Assembly (NCBI GenBank): GCA_013138805.1
Contig: WTCA01000030.1
Location: 1 to 56,983, forward strand
Direction: 5' to 3'
Origin: an archaeon
GTDB lineage: Archaea; EX4484-52; GLR71
DNA length: 56,983 bases
The notes under the pieces were generated by a model, which saw only the letters and a program-made list of their open reading frames with translations, searched no databases and was not told the origin of the DNA. Positions 55,201 through 56,983 of the stretch are shown one piece after another. Both the position numbers and the translations under genes were made by a program. The first letter of the stretch is position 1. Each line of letters starts with the position of its first letter.

Positions 55201-56983
55201 CGGTCTCATATTCCTGCAAAGATGTAGGAGATATGTATGTTGCGTTAAGGTCGCCGATGATGTTAATAACAAGTGTGTTATAGCCGGTCGTCGTGTTGTC
55301 TGAATATGCCTGGGCACCGTTCACTGTGACATTCCAGTATGCAGGACCAACACTATAATTGCAGTTGGGATTGAAGCTTCGGATATAATCTGTGCCGTTC
55401 AATGATTCTTCCGTGACATTCTCAACATAACTGCTGCCGTTGAAGACATAGAAATGAATCTCGTCAAGTGTGATGTTTGGAGTTGATGAATCAAGAGTGT
55501 CCTGATCCAAGACAAGGTCCCAGACCTTTGATGTAAGATTGATTGTTGTCTGCGGAGCTGAGGTCCTGTTGACTGAAGAGCCGTTGTTTGTGAAAAAACG
55601 GAGATCTATATGATTTTTTGTAACATTGAACCATTGCTGGGAAAGAGTGTCATTTGAATATCCTGTTGAAGATGTTGCGTTGAACCTGAAATACCAGATG
55701 TTTCCTGCAATCGAATCGTTTGTGAAATATTTTGTTGTAGAAAATGTTGTGTTTTCACAAGTGGTGCAGGTTGTCTGGTTCTCAATCCACCAGACACCGG
55801 AACTGTTTGACATCCAAAGATAGACTGTAATGGACTCATTATCTATGCCTGTCACATTTACTGTGAAATTGTATGGGGACTGACCCCATGGCACTTCTGT
55901 AGCTGACGGAGATTTTGAAGCACTGTCTAATTGTATTGGGCTTCTCAGGAAAAAATGGCTCTCATTCAAAAGGAAACCGTCATTGTAACCGGTCTTATTG
56001 CTTGTAACAGTTACATTATACCAGCCAAGAGGAAATCCGGAATCAGTGTCAATGTTGCAGGAACCTGAGGTGGCAGTGCAGTTTCTTTCAAAAGCGTCAT
56101 GGATCATCTTTATGATTATTGTGGTATCGTCAGTTATTATCTCCTGACAGTCATCTTCTATTGCAGCAGTAAAAGATATTGCTGCATCTCGTGTAAAGTT
56201 TGATGCGCCGTCCGGGTTGACAAGAGTGTTTGAAAGGCTGCCAATCAATGTGAAGTTTATAGAGTCTGTGACATTATCTTTAACATCGCTGTCTTCATAG
56301 GTGCCGCCTTTCCAAGCATGTTTTGTCGGACCCAGATAATATTTGCCTTCATCAGCACACCAGTCACTGTTTGTCATAGTCCGGTTTATCCAGCCGTCAT
56401 CGCTTGATAAAGGTGGTGGGGACGGTTCAAAACCCTCTATATCATATATAGTTATCCATATCTTACTGTCTGAATTATTAGCATATGTGCCATTGTCCCT
56501 GTCATAAGACCTTATGGAAAATACAGTCGTATCGCTTCTGTTTATTGTGGCATCATGCAGAGGTTCCTGGATAACAGAATCAATATCATCTTTCTCAACA
56601 GTGTAACTGTATCCGGCGAGAGTGGAGGAACTGTCTGCATTTGTGGCATTGAACTTGAAGTCCCATGTTGACATATTATCTGCAACATAATCATAGGTGA
56701 AGTTTGCCTGTGTCCATGATGCGCATGATGTGCAGACCCAGCTGTCTATCAAGACATAGCTTCCTGCTGGTTTTTTGTGCCAGGCATAGACTGTGACATC
56801 TCTTCCGAACCTATCTTTTACTATTGCGGAGAAATTGAATTCCTCGCCCCAGCCGCCGATTGTCAAGGCGTCATTGCCATCTATATATAATGTGGAATTG
56901 TCCAGAAGAGGTGCGTAATCATATACTTTGACATTGAAGTAAAGATCCTGAGGTTCCTGGAAAAGTTTTCCTGTACGCCAGGT
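28208..56983 (-). CDS. Giant surface protein (at least 9,591 aa, 5'-truncated by the window edge) with a C-terminal TM helix and cytoplasmic HerA/DUF87-type ATPase
   Basis: One uninterrupted frame runs from 56983 to the TGA at 28208-28210. The track M at 56866 is an in-frame TTG. Thirty-nine further sense codons (TWRTGKLFQEPQDLYFNVKVYDYAPLLDNSTLYIDGNDA) reach the window edge without a stop or signal peptide. See the sub-features for architecture. Confidence 0.85.
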   Translation of the reverse strand, partial: TWRTGKLFQEPQDLYFNVKVYDYAPLLDNSTLYIDGNDALTIGGWGEEFNFSAIVKDRFGRDVTVYAWHKKPAGSYVLIDSWVCTSCASWTQANFTYDYVADNMSTWDFKFNATNADSSSTLAGYSYTVEKDDIDSVIQEPLHDATINRSDTTVFSIRSYDRDNGTYANNSDSKIWITIYDIEGFEPSPPPLSSDDGWINRTMTNSDWCADEGKYYLGPTKHAWKGGTYEDSDVKDNVTDSINFTLIGSLSNTLVNPDGASNFTRDAAISFTAAIEDDCQEIITDDTTIIIKMIHDAFERNCTATSGSCNIDTDSGFPLGWYNVTVTSNKTGYNDGFLLNESHFFLRSPIQLDSASKSPSATEVPWGQSPYNFTVNVTGIDNESITVYLWMSNSSGVWWIENQTTCTTCENTTFSTTKYFTNDSIAGNIWYFRFNATSSTGYSNDTLSQQWFNVTKNHIDLRFFTNNGSSVNRTSAPQTTINLTSKVWDLVLDQDTLDSSTPNITLDEIHFYVFNGSSYVENVTEESLNGTDYIRSFNPNCNYSVGPAYWNVTVNGAQAYSDNTTTGYNTLVINIIGDLNATYISPTSLQEYETGTDVSFSGNVTDDCLTAVSDTNVTFNITTASTSYYCYSSSTENPYTCLWPTSGKLVGNYNVTIIASKGYYNNDTSSETDALKIKSTPKLDSAEVTPKTEGWSALRNFTVNVTDNTGDTVTVRLWQATFGTEDWVEIGSSQQCVSCSNTTLSWNTTYGCSDIETKKFKFNATDTEGNNYTTSGADYTIDEQFVLEESNIRIDYIAGNETNATLNHPSTIQLRVYDIDNSTYLSSTSASVSINITKQGLGTQYYTLGTNTTNSTGYVLYDITPDSAYSTEKQEWLGFVPDSDSCYKYNFSETFNMTTWTNVPQSENASVDLITEGWGMQRTFNISIFDTNSTAELYLWRGSSPSGPWIQMNSSNYTLIGQWQDFNFTQTFDCSLQDTWFWKFNMTNAMNNTNTTAETSENNFTLTQDTILFDYIYGIDSTANRSGTQTNQFSLRVSDLNGSVLPDLMVNFTMTLSPGVWGPVYGNTTNSTGYSQYSFEPGCLPKYEVGDRLWKAYVAESTSTCYIYNTTADLNFTIYGDIILDLQKPDGSINYTQEATIPFLGSTTDDCGDPLTTTVRFYANYSAASGYNCTDVSPVGANAYTCDLPTTLQTNMGWYNTTMYSNKTYYYDNGTLKDGSSFGRDSLFYLLEKLKLENPDGIPLSHGWGYSDWNFSIIASSGHPTDVYTVSLMLSQTPPPTTACDGATCINQTPTDCINCVDSLKYWYRNFTSSEIGTWYYRFDMNGTYSDFDASTHKVTVTKDNVSVEYASGNESDAHYLPPQSANFSVRVNDLIRQDYVNTTAATVTFEVTRDAADTIWQTIGTNNTNTTGHANFDFIPDCTFQNGTRLWRAFINTSLDSYYNYNISDNFIVDVNTESCEPVIDATSVKSPAEIFENRTFGLNATFMALQGDATDINATLTVPSGWTVWNGTAYSNVVYIASILSGNTKDAHWDITPNSSGAYNLTITVNATMDSELRNDTIDDTISIYKLIEDSNPGVSLPIILASGDSAIAYFACDSGDYRAAYLNINYTNVTAGQKDVMLRVLSYNGTVWTDILHSYTINLTSDSTDRIPVLERQLNANGTGYCTFNITNIGSNGINLTAMNLQAYYNETVHIQNLQASINSTETTGMETGDGFFNVSVRIANSQNNQFEGTLWLNITNSTGAIINSSSQSISISADSIYLANITDINTSSWLSDDYDLNAYLVNGSTSYDRTEPFIFKNVSVSSRVLDWMCNQTTEQYNVTITNPFTDTIEYNVSLETPAGWSYSPAYQLVNTTSPGNYTVSFNLTSSSSAAEIVYINATVAYTYPVSEKTRNSTSMINESNSIAILEITRETPSNIGTDTVFDSQLTIYNKGCTASSGSTIIKETISTGWTPANPGIMTNEYGSDIELISATTDLINNIVTWELGTIPVNKYAVLTYQAKSPVSTSQAGTLYHNTTWENKNFVEYDTHPVRTFNYTEESHLEFNIETLQQPAYPWVEPRSSQLNVSYNYSLKVTNIGDNSTSSDWNVTLDIPGECNITQVYDSGTWNDTSRKITWQLSDISPYASSYVNFTANCTAEGSYIFVAEGIRNTTAYTTISNDTAIGCESSSSCSATENYGFTKPADARYEMLTGIDFYIRYNWTGYNLTIGQASVNISDDSGMIHTVWQNYTFADTYNLLWSNYSIDTSDRASFVDSARDISISSYADATSDPYVNASVDKLSYTWVTGKLFRESQNLYFNVKVYDYTPLLDNSTLYIDGNDALTIGGWGEEFNFSAMVRDRFGRDVTVYAWHKVSAGSYVLIDSWVCPSCVSWTQANFTYDYNYTNISTWDFKFNATNADGSTELSGHSYTVEKDNVAVYNETPQWNATVMRSSALNFTTRFNDTDNGTAPEILEFGKGYFRISMFGSNTTFNTYYPQSPVVNSTGYMLYEMTTAEWCDDAKSYSLGQNYYITGLSGSSYYKDNSTIPSPYGSIPFILLGNLSASSMSSPDGSVNYTRGSAVPLDGTIKDDCNAVKSDSAKYGTEYVLSNGATNYSVIASLATDSWNSPGNAPLGWYNVTMISYSEGTEFGVYVNSTDILVNAFYLSTVPQSDYVDVSPLSDGWSASPVNFTINVTDEDNNTVIVYLYLKKGAGSWNLYENWTCYDCKDNQTVFNRTFTQDEVDDWYYLFNASDISGNINTSLQTGSFTIEKDDISFSDVVPVAVDINRTAGSANLSLRIYDDDNNTYTTNLSSSSPDEVQFWITNDTAASFWREETTDTKNTTHYYLDFNPGCDYVAGQQDWKVNTSSDYFKTNDTEGFFTLNVNIYGTLAATQTFPDTSTNYTQDDIIPVNGTLSDDCGTDVTGASVYFNLTRNANTFRCPGAGYATDEGGGVYSCNFDTVGISGGYYNVTMYAEKPYNHPDNDSRVDAFFLTAPIYLSDETVNSADSGWGSERNFSIIVSHYNGVNLTLWHSKGASGGPYSVVNNTFLSGPVDTQVNIFKNYTCSDISTWFYKFNATDSYYEGNATTTFHDYTLTTDDILLGQSYIGNASYVNRSDTLGQVSVLLAHTVNDTVRNLLAGNPQATVYLNVTNDNADNFTTFNSNTTNSSGYANFNFLPDCSYSVGEQKWQTYTDGDTCYSDQVSSNYTIYIQGDLRPNVTFPKDLEQYQNSIENVTINITVLDECNQSIAGASLNLTLNNTDTGFASYCTAVIDLGSGNYSCEWNTTDTGVGRYDVIAKAYNVSYYNNGTITEADSFRVIPPINNVPNLTNQTMLQEADGWGAIFDFSVEVYDKDYDTVNVSFWISSDNSTWVFEDSKNCTSCNGWNQLNFSYEGFSCSDQQVWYYKFNATDYENDTELSSSNFTVEKDNVTVSYFAGGGNATSVNRTGSGTTHFILQVFDSDNVSTPTLPQGRNGTFWVSYNDTTYDGGYFNQTNSTGHMNYIFKPSCSPKYSIGPQNWTGGIKDDSCYFDTNITQPLIVYVIGEMNDTLVSPSGEDFFDDDNVTVRINLTQECDVTDLVDDATVSFNLSHDTYYTACSVVNEGSGYYNCTWNVTGAPGGWYNITLNSTRQYLNPLFKTYLNSFFHQINPVLSGASADKSSVVWGNNPAKSQVTFTVNVTDDDDTVDIYLWESMGSATGPWTLADQTSCSDCINTTKTLTRLYSAAGDIDTWYWKINASDTDSLSDEQPVYDFNVTKRSIYINYVLGNSTDINRVGTNSTVLTVQAFDNYTDSALGAGMQGYFWVTTNGTTTGIWGTSLADTTDPSGNLNITFNPGCSAPLYLTGKQDWKAGIIGGTNYFDENSTLYELDINGTLSNNLEVPVPTALYQKGTYITMYGTVSDDCTATTGTYVNESDTIKFDITSGANSYVCSSFTDLGNGTYNCTWDSSVAFLGIHNITMNSTKPYYDMSSIFVEDALRLGESPELGETFVDVELEGWGYNYTFKVEFRDIEPDDTDNISFWKAYNAAGPWYFVDSEEKFNAVAWINITFNKIFDCSDLTQGPYLYYKFNVTDSFGFTNESVIKNITLEKDDIEVIYVSGAGVSIDREDADSEYFKVRINDTDLGSIVGASINATVWKTYNEISYDSGNTTVTDADGYVNYSFNPDCGYSASTDQYWLIGTTDNICYKDKNLTVIRQFAIVGQLKNSLYLPVQDSVFNVTDSIFVNISTGTDCPAEGNQAGASIALNLTHSGSSTYQCSPVNDESTGIYNCTWDSTGKLEGNYTVNMTSTLSDYYPNTTWWTDRFWLENLNTTYDNESVTPSSGGWSRNFTFNISVDDPESDNVTCTLFTNTTGVWVDKGQSIVMGGTGNCSILVWDFTPQDMGTASYKFQIEDAESSNTFNTTVFSGPTVTKPSVNVTFYSANDTSVNRSAGSETLIVRAYDLENKSYINSSNVTFWITTDGTTYDSGSLLQTNSTGHASYIFSPTCTPYYETENQLWLAGITDDNYLYSNTTENYTITIYGQMTNLVTSPSGEKYLRGEENVTIRANITSDCSSQETMNTTYVNFTMTSQYTETQYACTTEIYNESTGYYNCTFDTAGKEPRGYNITMNSTQPFYITEITTDVYSEGTESFWIETRPTLAASDVTPSSGGWGEKHYFTVNATDYDLDTLIVKAWFRNESDGYVPANSLTNNTISGVNQYVTFSPKTFTNVYADTTWYYKFNVTASDGDGYTNETIEKTFYIEKDTVSIEYISGNNSIVNRSAQAYDPDYNITLITRVWDVDKDPDAIIPFKRSKFYLTNDTFSNYIPYPFLPTSYINSNITGYQTYTFKPDCTYAVGPQKWKSGLLDNFEYNSTNSTEFYFNITTTPLVAMFDYPTGGLTFEKGVDNILLRGNVTDDCGPVSDANVNISVVQGGTTYALCYPAGDETDGWYNCTIANTTHNTWPVGLYNITIKADKTYYNDSNVFVVENAFRLVTRPVLSNPTSTSTQGGSIGGWGEFWTFTVDIMDNDGDSSNVSLWINRTGSWELLDSVIWSQGDPTITFAGKTFSCAGAADLGVKQYKFNVSDDYNYTDNITSTMTIEKDDVDAIPVSTGGQNVDRNGTATILLKTQILDTDRGYTSVESGVNGKIWVTVNWSNLSSFDDGYALQTDALGYLSYDFDINCSYTTGEHAWEGGTSGSVCYKDSLYPTEYFDSYGKLYTSVESPVNGSSYGTGTPVFMRFNVTTDCSVEGRIEAESKGIELQSPSASWYSCSPINDETGSDAGWYNCTWDSTLKEPGNWTIKTNASNSTYYTAIDTLTEYFELLNNPPAYSNLNVTPNSSAWGATYTFSLNFTDPDADTVNCSLYTTTNGGASWIFRNMTTLASPAVCNLTVSDFNCGDIGTDNYFKFELDDSYNTINTTNMSGPNMTIDDIKIIYMDGNNKDVNRSYGMQQLKVYINDTVRGMPVSPDIDVYFNITTDGTTYILEGFNTTSGGNATYDFTPSCSYDVGDQKWYAEVNDSCYTPKNTTEYNLTVYGTLYNSLASPLGVEYFLDDNVTLRANVTSDCVAEVMNESNVSFRYFRTGYSDTCIINNESTGYYNCTFNNTGMPPGYYDFEVNSSQSFYNNDSEVFQYAYGISSFWIETLPYLSLPSPNPSTGGWGETFYFTTNATDRDNDLMTVRLWIKKTSSGTWIFKNSTTAQGINVTVNLSAKFISGNDMDDWEFKFNVTADDAWDEYETSNVSFTVEADDVRIEILSGNNSIVNRSDLPGNSNPNVTFSVSVYDDDKDLLITSPINTRFYVTKDGSSFETLDTISNNTGYFFVTLDPDCTYSLGPQMWKASSVIGGSWYKLQNSSDIEFNITAIPLLTTLTEPDGITRVRGVDDILIRGNVTDDCGLVPGASSEFVVEQSAIPYFTCPPDNTLYDEADGYYNCTIPAASTTGWFTGDYDINFTASKLYYNSSDIYRKDSAFRLVTVPEISNPSITTITSVGLSDYGWGESWTFEVNLLDEDQDNVNVYLWVNLTGDWELLNSTVCTNCGSIQTISFSGHGFSCSDIGTRGFKFNASDNYNYTNETSGTFNIIRDDTITYYGGMGDLSQIGREGDDIEVFSVRIFDADHNVYVGSSIPNATGKIFVTTDGSSYDLGTQNQTDSSGYLYYSFNPDCNYSVGGHKWKGGSNGDACYKDSNSSDRDTDIIGQLKSSIADPAEGSNILVGAIVNLNVSIYDDCTVQMSEASITHEAVYQDIVFEDITPVTNNSIGYYNSSWDTLFHQGGNWSFRINASKTDYYSNSTIFSNWTYLNNTPPIVENFTVSPDVEGWGRVYTYEAQISDTQQDNITCDLFVSTDNGALWILKNSTFIETAPAGDANCTLSVMDFDCAEIGTDNLYKFQIYDGTNKFNTSQMSGPNLTADTVSIEYIFGNDSVVNRSGAQTALFTARVLDLDNASMPVMTDSSVTFWTTYDNPTYDTGTVILTNSTGYANYNFNPGCSSPTYKIGPQKWKAGVTDSCYAAINLSLEYNTTIMGDLINTIENPPFSSEYLRGENVTLSSTITPTITDDCNLGLENINNSFTFYNEDNVSNYSCISEEIVGGYYECTRNTTDMAARWYDTEIISWEQYYNNGTLLKANHIFVTTLPDLTDETAITDVGGWGETFYFSVNVTDEDWDNVTLNLYTKKYTDGAWGAPKNTTTLYNPQNEYAIISWNNPDCANIDTWEYYFEASDTHAEVNTTTPHNFTIDKNDVTIQYATGDNSYVWRNGTHNTTLMLDILDYDRGNISVGTGTSARFWVTTDANDTSSWDIGKDTVTLDSSIAYYFMQQFPDGGQKCNYTVGIQKWKGGIVNDVCYKDKNSTEYDLSVNSTLLLNITNVYEQGYLRGDLIPLISTVSDDCGPVENVTISYALLNFPNEYFCNKQSNAGWNESGGDYNCTWDSSSKPYKWYNVTADVSKEFFADNESSGDERFFLGTTPILELVSVSPKFGGWGENHQFSVRLTSLDLATNNVSLWKSFDNSSWDLVNWQLVGTPINQWVYFNERFTSNDYLTPPSGLNYYKIISESVFGFSSETEVYNFTLDYDNITISIDPASNSTVRRLGVTTAFLNVRIYDTDYEVYQNDTNATIWVTKDGNIFTYNESCSSSDGYCGIDYDPQCDSDVGAQKWKIAVDDPSYQIINSSNVSLSVIGQLYTNPIDPQENVIFNRNTTVSLNTTVTDDCSNPVLDAVVSWYNSTPIQIGSGYDTSWNIPIYYTKGPDTITVNATRADYDIGTNTTGIYVYGWSMISSILPLNLSSYLAGYNIYVQCNVIDANTTENITGYNVSFYKNDVFQDSNLTDSNGTAVWIWSTASENYGWYNISCSISSDDSLYYTPSTYYENTTVRINRSPVITEIVLSNPDIYRNNTFSPYDTNITVTIYDALIGPAENADVWFYNSTGFMDNCTTDVNGNCYITYDAPENITPQGYVVYINSTKAGLEDSITNQTTIGIYGFLYINITGPANGSSWSKAEILNLTSYIENENSYVDTATVDWYIDSGFVATGQNTTYPLVSQIPGPKTLVSNATRPYYITGTDNISININGLVDVIWWEPLNGSQQAYPGSFDVKCLVKDNNSGASVEGYSVDFWYLNGSDYVYNGTYVTNSSGLAGYVWYPDSKGTIDFMCNITDNATVFYSPNIGNATATIIVEDINAPSIANMTIIPNSTLEANLNTTNITAIITDDIGVYSAFAMITLPNGSIVNVTMANTVNDTYSTLYMPPIGGNYSVDIVASDSPPENNTNVTYAGSFSVWGKIDMTGAQTDSFTAFSITQISGESFVLTVNATNNGPATAYNVSISVDEIPIGTLTYNTTNYDCGNLSIGEMCTRAFLVTVPAKTGPQLITVYNTIWWDNPDRTMNSTVGSTIVVVASNPVLEVIPDYIQNQTPHGETTLIDTVTVSASGNDAITNILLDKVGNTLAIDCPLCNLTISQPSWGYLPAGSNFTSDISIDIPYGQDAGYYWTWVSAESDNAPDDSVFVNATVPLDLSWERVPSTFGTILALVNTSTTQIGTITASNNGNSERNIQVLLSGNGTSFVTREPLAFSLGIGASSNVTVNYSIPSSSAQDMYYVMVYLSDATGNPPFSVTDFWLNVTDLPPVISNVSIDPMGYESGTGYTNISAEVTDNVAVSQVWLNSTKPNGTVFIDYFAMNGTSVYLNYSENETGIHKIRICANDTASLVICTPEYNVTVAVNTTIITETNITNATIYGVTLYSGLNITINFTTLNAGYSRALDVNTTITYPALWNVSPSQFAMGNIFKTPYNGNTQLSIPKDIIGDYYINFTSNWTNYDNSTDNLTTAIKVTIGSNPVLNVTEDPVMFIIENGNNDSKNLTLESLGNDIAEDIEFNCTSGIGCADFNISFNPSSIVNLTKGNSTNFTITAYVPEIYSSGIYYMTYTISTSKTNTSANITVIIPENMTWMHNPVQISKVVIANTTGEFGSVRVSNIGNMYLTVSAQSTNTTLFGVNASMLDLPIGNYSDVMINYTAPELTSLQTYTAYFRTTNLTAFPQTHDTLLNITIHPLYLDVISPTSSSPVLNVSKNDNMTVIFNLTYAFVPLDDNVTWQINLTNAGTSVSVNITSVNYSVASGLWTVNFTAPDVISGVAYDLVADAFYATDNLLITATEQDAIVYTDATPPQLSVSLPASIVNGMPVTIFINTTDLGGMRNVLVDITFPNGTIFADNATLISFSGDDYFYELEFTDTSGLGPYQVVISAYDLSDNVNVTTAAFDSYLLSYFAGYSYDLESVGNATTIANFSMYKHDTPTLMHSFESDNMTGYYNESVYVRLYDVSVDVLNVTFDFNDFSMPPGNIFNPAVFGDIPVSLIGSGPKKAIYYDTLMGVNPKITFDYSPYDDVVVSNLAIYHCDNWAIKTGCVSLWLRRNGSIDTNLRTISVDTTVVTGAYAVAQYICGNAICESAYGESNSICPADCVIDIPTFPPMPSAITGGSGGGTGDTGDDGGDDDDTSILIPPELDENIVPIEIKSTLIYITLAPGERSIHSIEIKNNQDMISTSKLSVDGLVWDLIQLEKTEVTVNANSAENVKISVYALPSTMPGTYTGDIVITTGNSIYKTPITVKVEIKKEALLDVIINVLSNVVKPGDDLKMLVTIKNMGETKTVEDITMEYVIKNLETEEVLTTYSETLAVNQTLSFVKSINIPNSTEETRYVIDANAKYSNAEKTASSADVFDVSTQPWPLILLRKLFMSWVTYIVLLILIPGIYFGRKAYLSYLEKKRKAARYIFPTDYSKLPQKGEESVKVGKIAETDINAFINIKNLTMHSIAAGGTGSGKSVTAMSTAEELLDLGIPVVVFDPTAQWSGFIHPCKDPHMLELYSKYGLKPENAKSYKTNIIVVESADSLTDAEIDIRQYMKPGEITVFVMSKLSSAELDKFVRRTIKSIFSIQWPEAKTLRVLIVYDEMHRLLPKYGGKGGYLELERGCREFRKWGLGLFMISQVLADFKGAIKANVANEIQLRTKYNGDIQRIKQRYGPDYAMRVAKLTVGAGLIQNPEYNDGKPWFIQFRPLLHDTGRLSNEELDTYMGLKRSIDTLAKKVEVLKVKGVNTYDIEIELNMARTKLQQGVFKMSETYIQSLKARLENM
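28211..29337 (-). other. Cytoplasmic HerA/DUF87-like (FtsK-HerA superfamily) P-loop ATPase domain of the giant protein
   Basis: Walker A HSIAAGGTGSGKSV (GGTGSGKS = 29135-29158). Walker B LRVLIVYDEMH (LIVYDEMH = 28748-28771). The downstream motif CREFRKWGLGLFMISQVLADF...NVANEIQLRT matches the HerA pattern EGRKfGlgl.lisQrP...c.t.i.lrl. Confidence 0.75.
29338..29400 (-). other. Single transmembrane helix of the giant protein
   Basis: LFMSWVTYIVLLILIPGIYFG is followed by the positive stop-transfer RKAYLSYLEKKRKAARY. This implies N-out/C-in topology. Confidence 0.75.
30110..30290 (-). other. Membrane-proximal Cys-rich motif plus Gly/Asp acidic linker
   Basis: YICGNAICESAYGESNSICPADCV (about 30213-30284) is followed by PTFPPMPSAITGGSGGGTGDTGDDGGDDDDTS (about 30110-30200). 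Confidence 0.7.
35200..50130 (-). repeat. Array B: 15 tandem three-domain supermodules (~330 aa, ~990 nt each) of the giant protein
   Basis: The conserved G-W-G/S anchor (plus-strand ccccaNcc) recurs at about 49988, 48980, 47996, 47003, 46031, 45029, 44045, 43063, 42032, 41048, 40094, 39083, 38117, 37127 and 36134. Spacings are 954-1031 nt. Confidence 0.85.
49716..50119 (-). repeat. Copy 2 of a ~400-nt high-identity intragenic duplication (partner 56580-56983)
   Basis: The offset is exactly 6,864 nt (2,288 codons), for example ccgccgattgtcaa at 49990 and 56854. By eye about 85-90% nucleotide identity, far above the other inter-module comparisons. Confidence 0.85.
50545..51255 (-). other. Two DUF11-like ('conserved repeat domain') segments in the non-modular insert of the giant protein
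   Basis: First segment: ITRETPSNIGTDTVFDSQLTIYNKGCTASSGSTIIKETISTGWTP...NIVTWELGTIPVNKYAVLTYQAKS. Second segment: LKVTNIGDNSTSSDWNVTLDIPGECNITQV...KITWQLSDISPYASSYVNFTANCTAEG. Both fit the DUF11 pattern (..v.N.G...a..v.v.D.lp.g......W.lg.l..g.s..l.y). Confidence 0.55.
52600..56983 (-). repeat. Array A: 5 (or more) supermodules of the same type, continuing past the window edge
   Basis: G-W-G/S anchors lie at about 56852, 55889, 54902, 54233 and 53242. The 54902-to-54233 module is short (669 nt) and lacks the third domain. Confidence 0.8.
56580..56983 (-). repeat. Copy 1 of the ~400-nt high-identity intragenic duplication (partner 49716-50119), truncated by the window edge
   Basis: Protein TWRTGKLFQEPQDLYFNVKVYDYAPLLDNSTLYIDGNDALTIGGWGEEFNFSAIVKDRFGRDVTVYAWHK... 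versus TWVTGKLFRESQNLYFNVKVYDYTPLLDNSTLYIDGNDALTIGGWGEEFNFSAMVRDRFGRDVTVYAWHK... Confidence 0.85.

Noticed and set aside
28430-55823. Dozens of 60-140-aa plus-strand ORFs and alternative-frame minus ORFs inside the giant gene (e.g. 28430-28855, 32201-32596, 39711-40079, 50949-51314)
   Set aside because: These are shadow ORFs antisense or out of frame to a continuous 28.8-kb coding frame with strong modular protein conservation. Their translations are low-complexity, Cys/Ser/Leu-rich, and lack any motif.
56864-56866. ORF-track start (M) of the giant protein at 56866
   Set aside because: The codon is an internal TTG. The frame stays open for 39 more codons to the window edge. The upstream residues are homologous to an internal part of the same protein, so the gene is 5'-truncated rather than starting here.
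13240-56983. Near-identical repeat pairs as template/variable repeats of a diversity-generating retroelement (common in DPANN/CPR surface proteins)
   Set aside because: Mismatches between copies (13240-13450 vs 13813-14023; 49716-50119 vs 56580-56983) involve all base types rather than adenine-specific substitutions. Both copies are in frame and coding. No reverse transcriptase gene is in the window.
35200-56983. Regular ~990-nt periodicity as a CRISPR-like or satellite array
   Set aside because: The period is far too long and the units are diverged, in-frame protein modules. No short direct repeats with unique spacers exist anywhere in the window.
1-56983. Mobile genetic element or island boundaries (integrase, transposase, inverted or direct terminal repeats) around the surface cluster or next to the tRNAs
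   Set aside because: No recognisable recombinase ORF and no partial tRNA duplication were seen. The cluster composition looks similar by eye to the housekeeping part.
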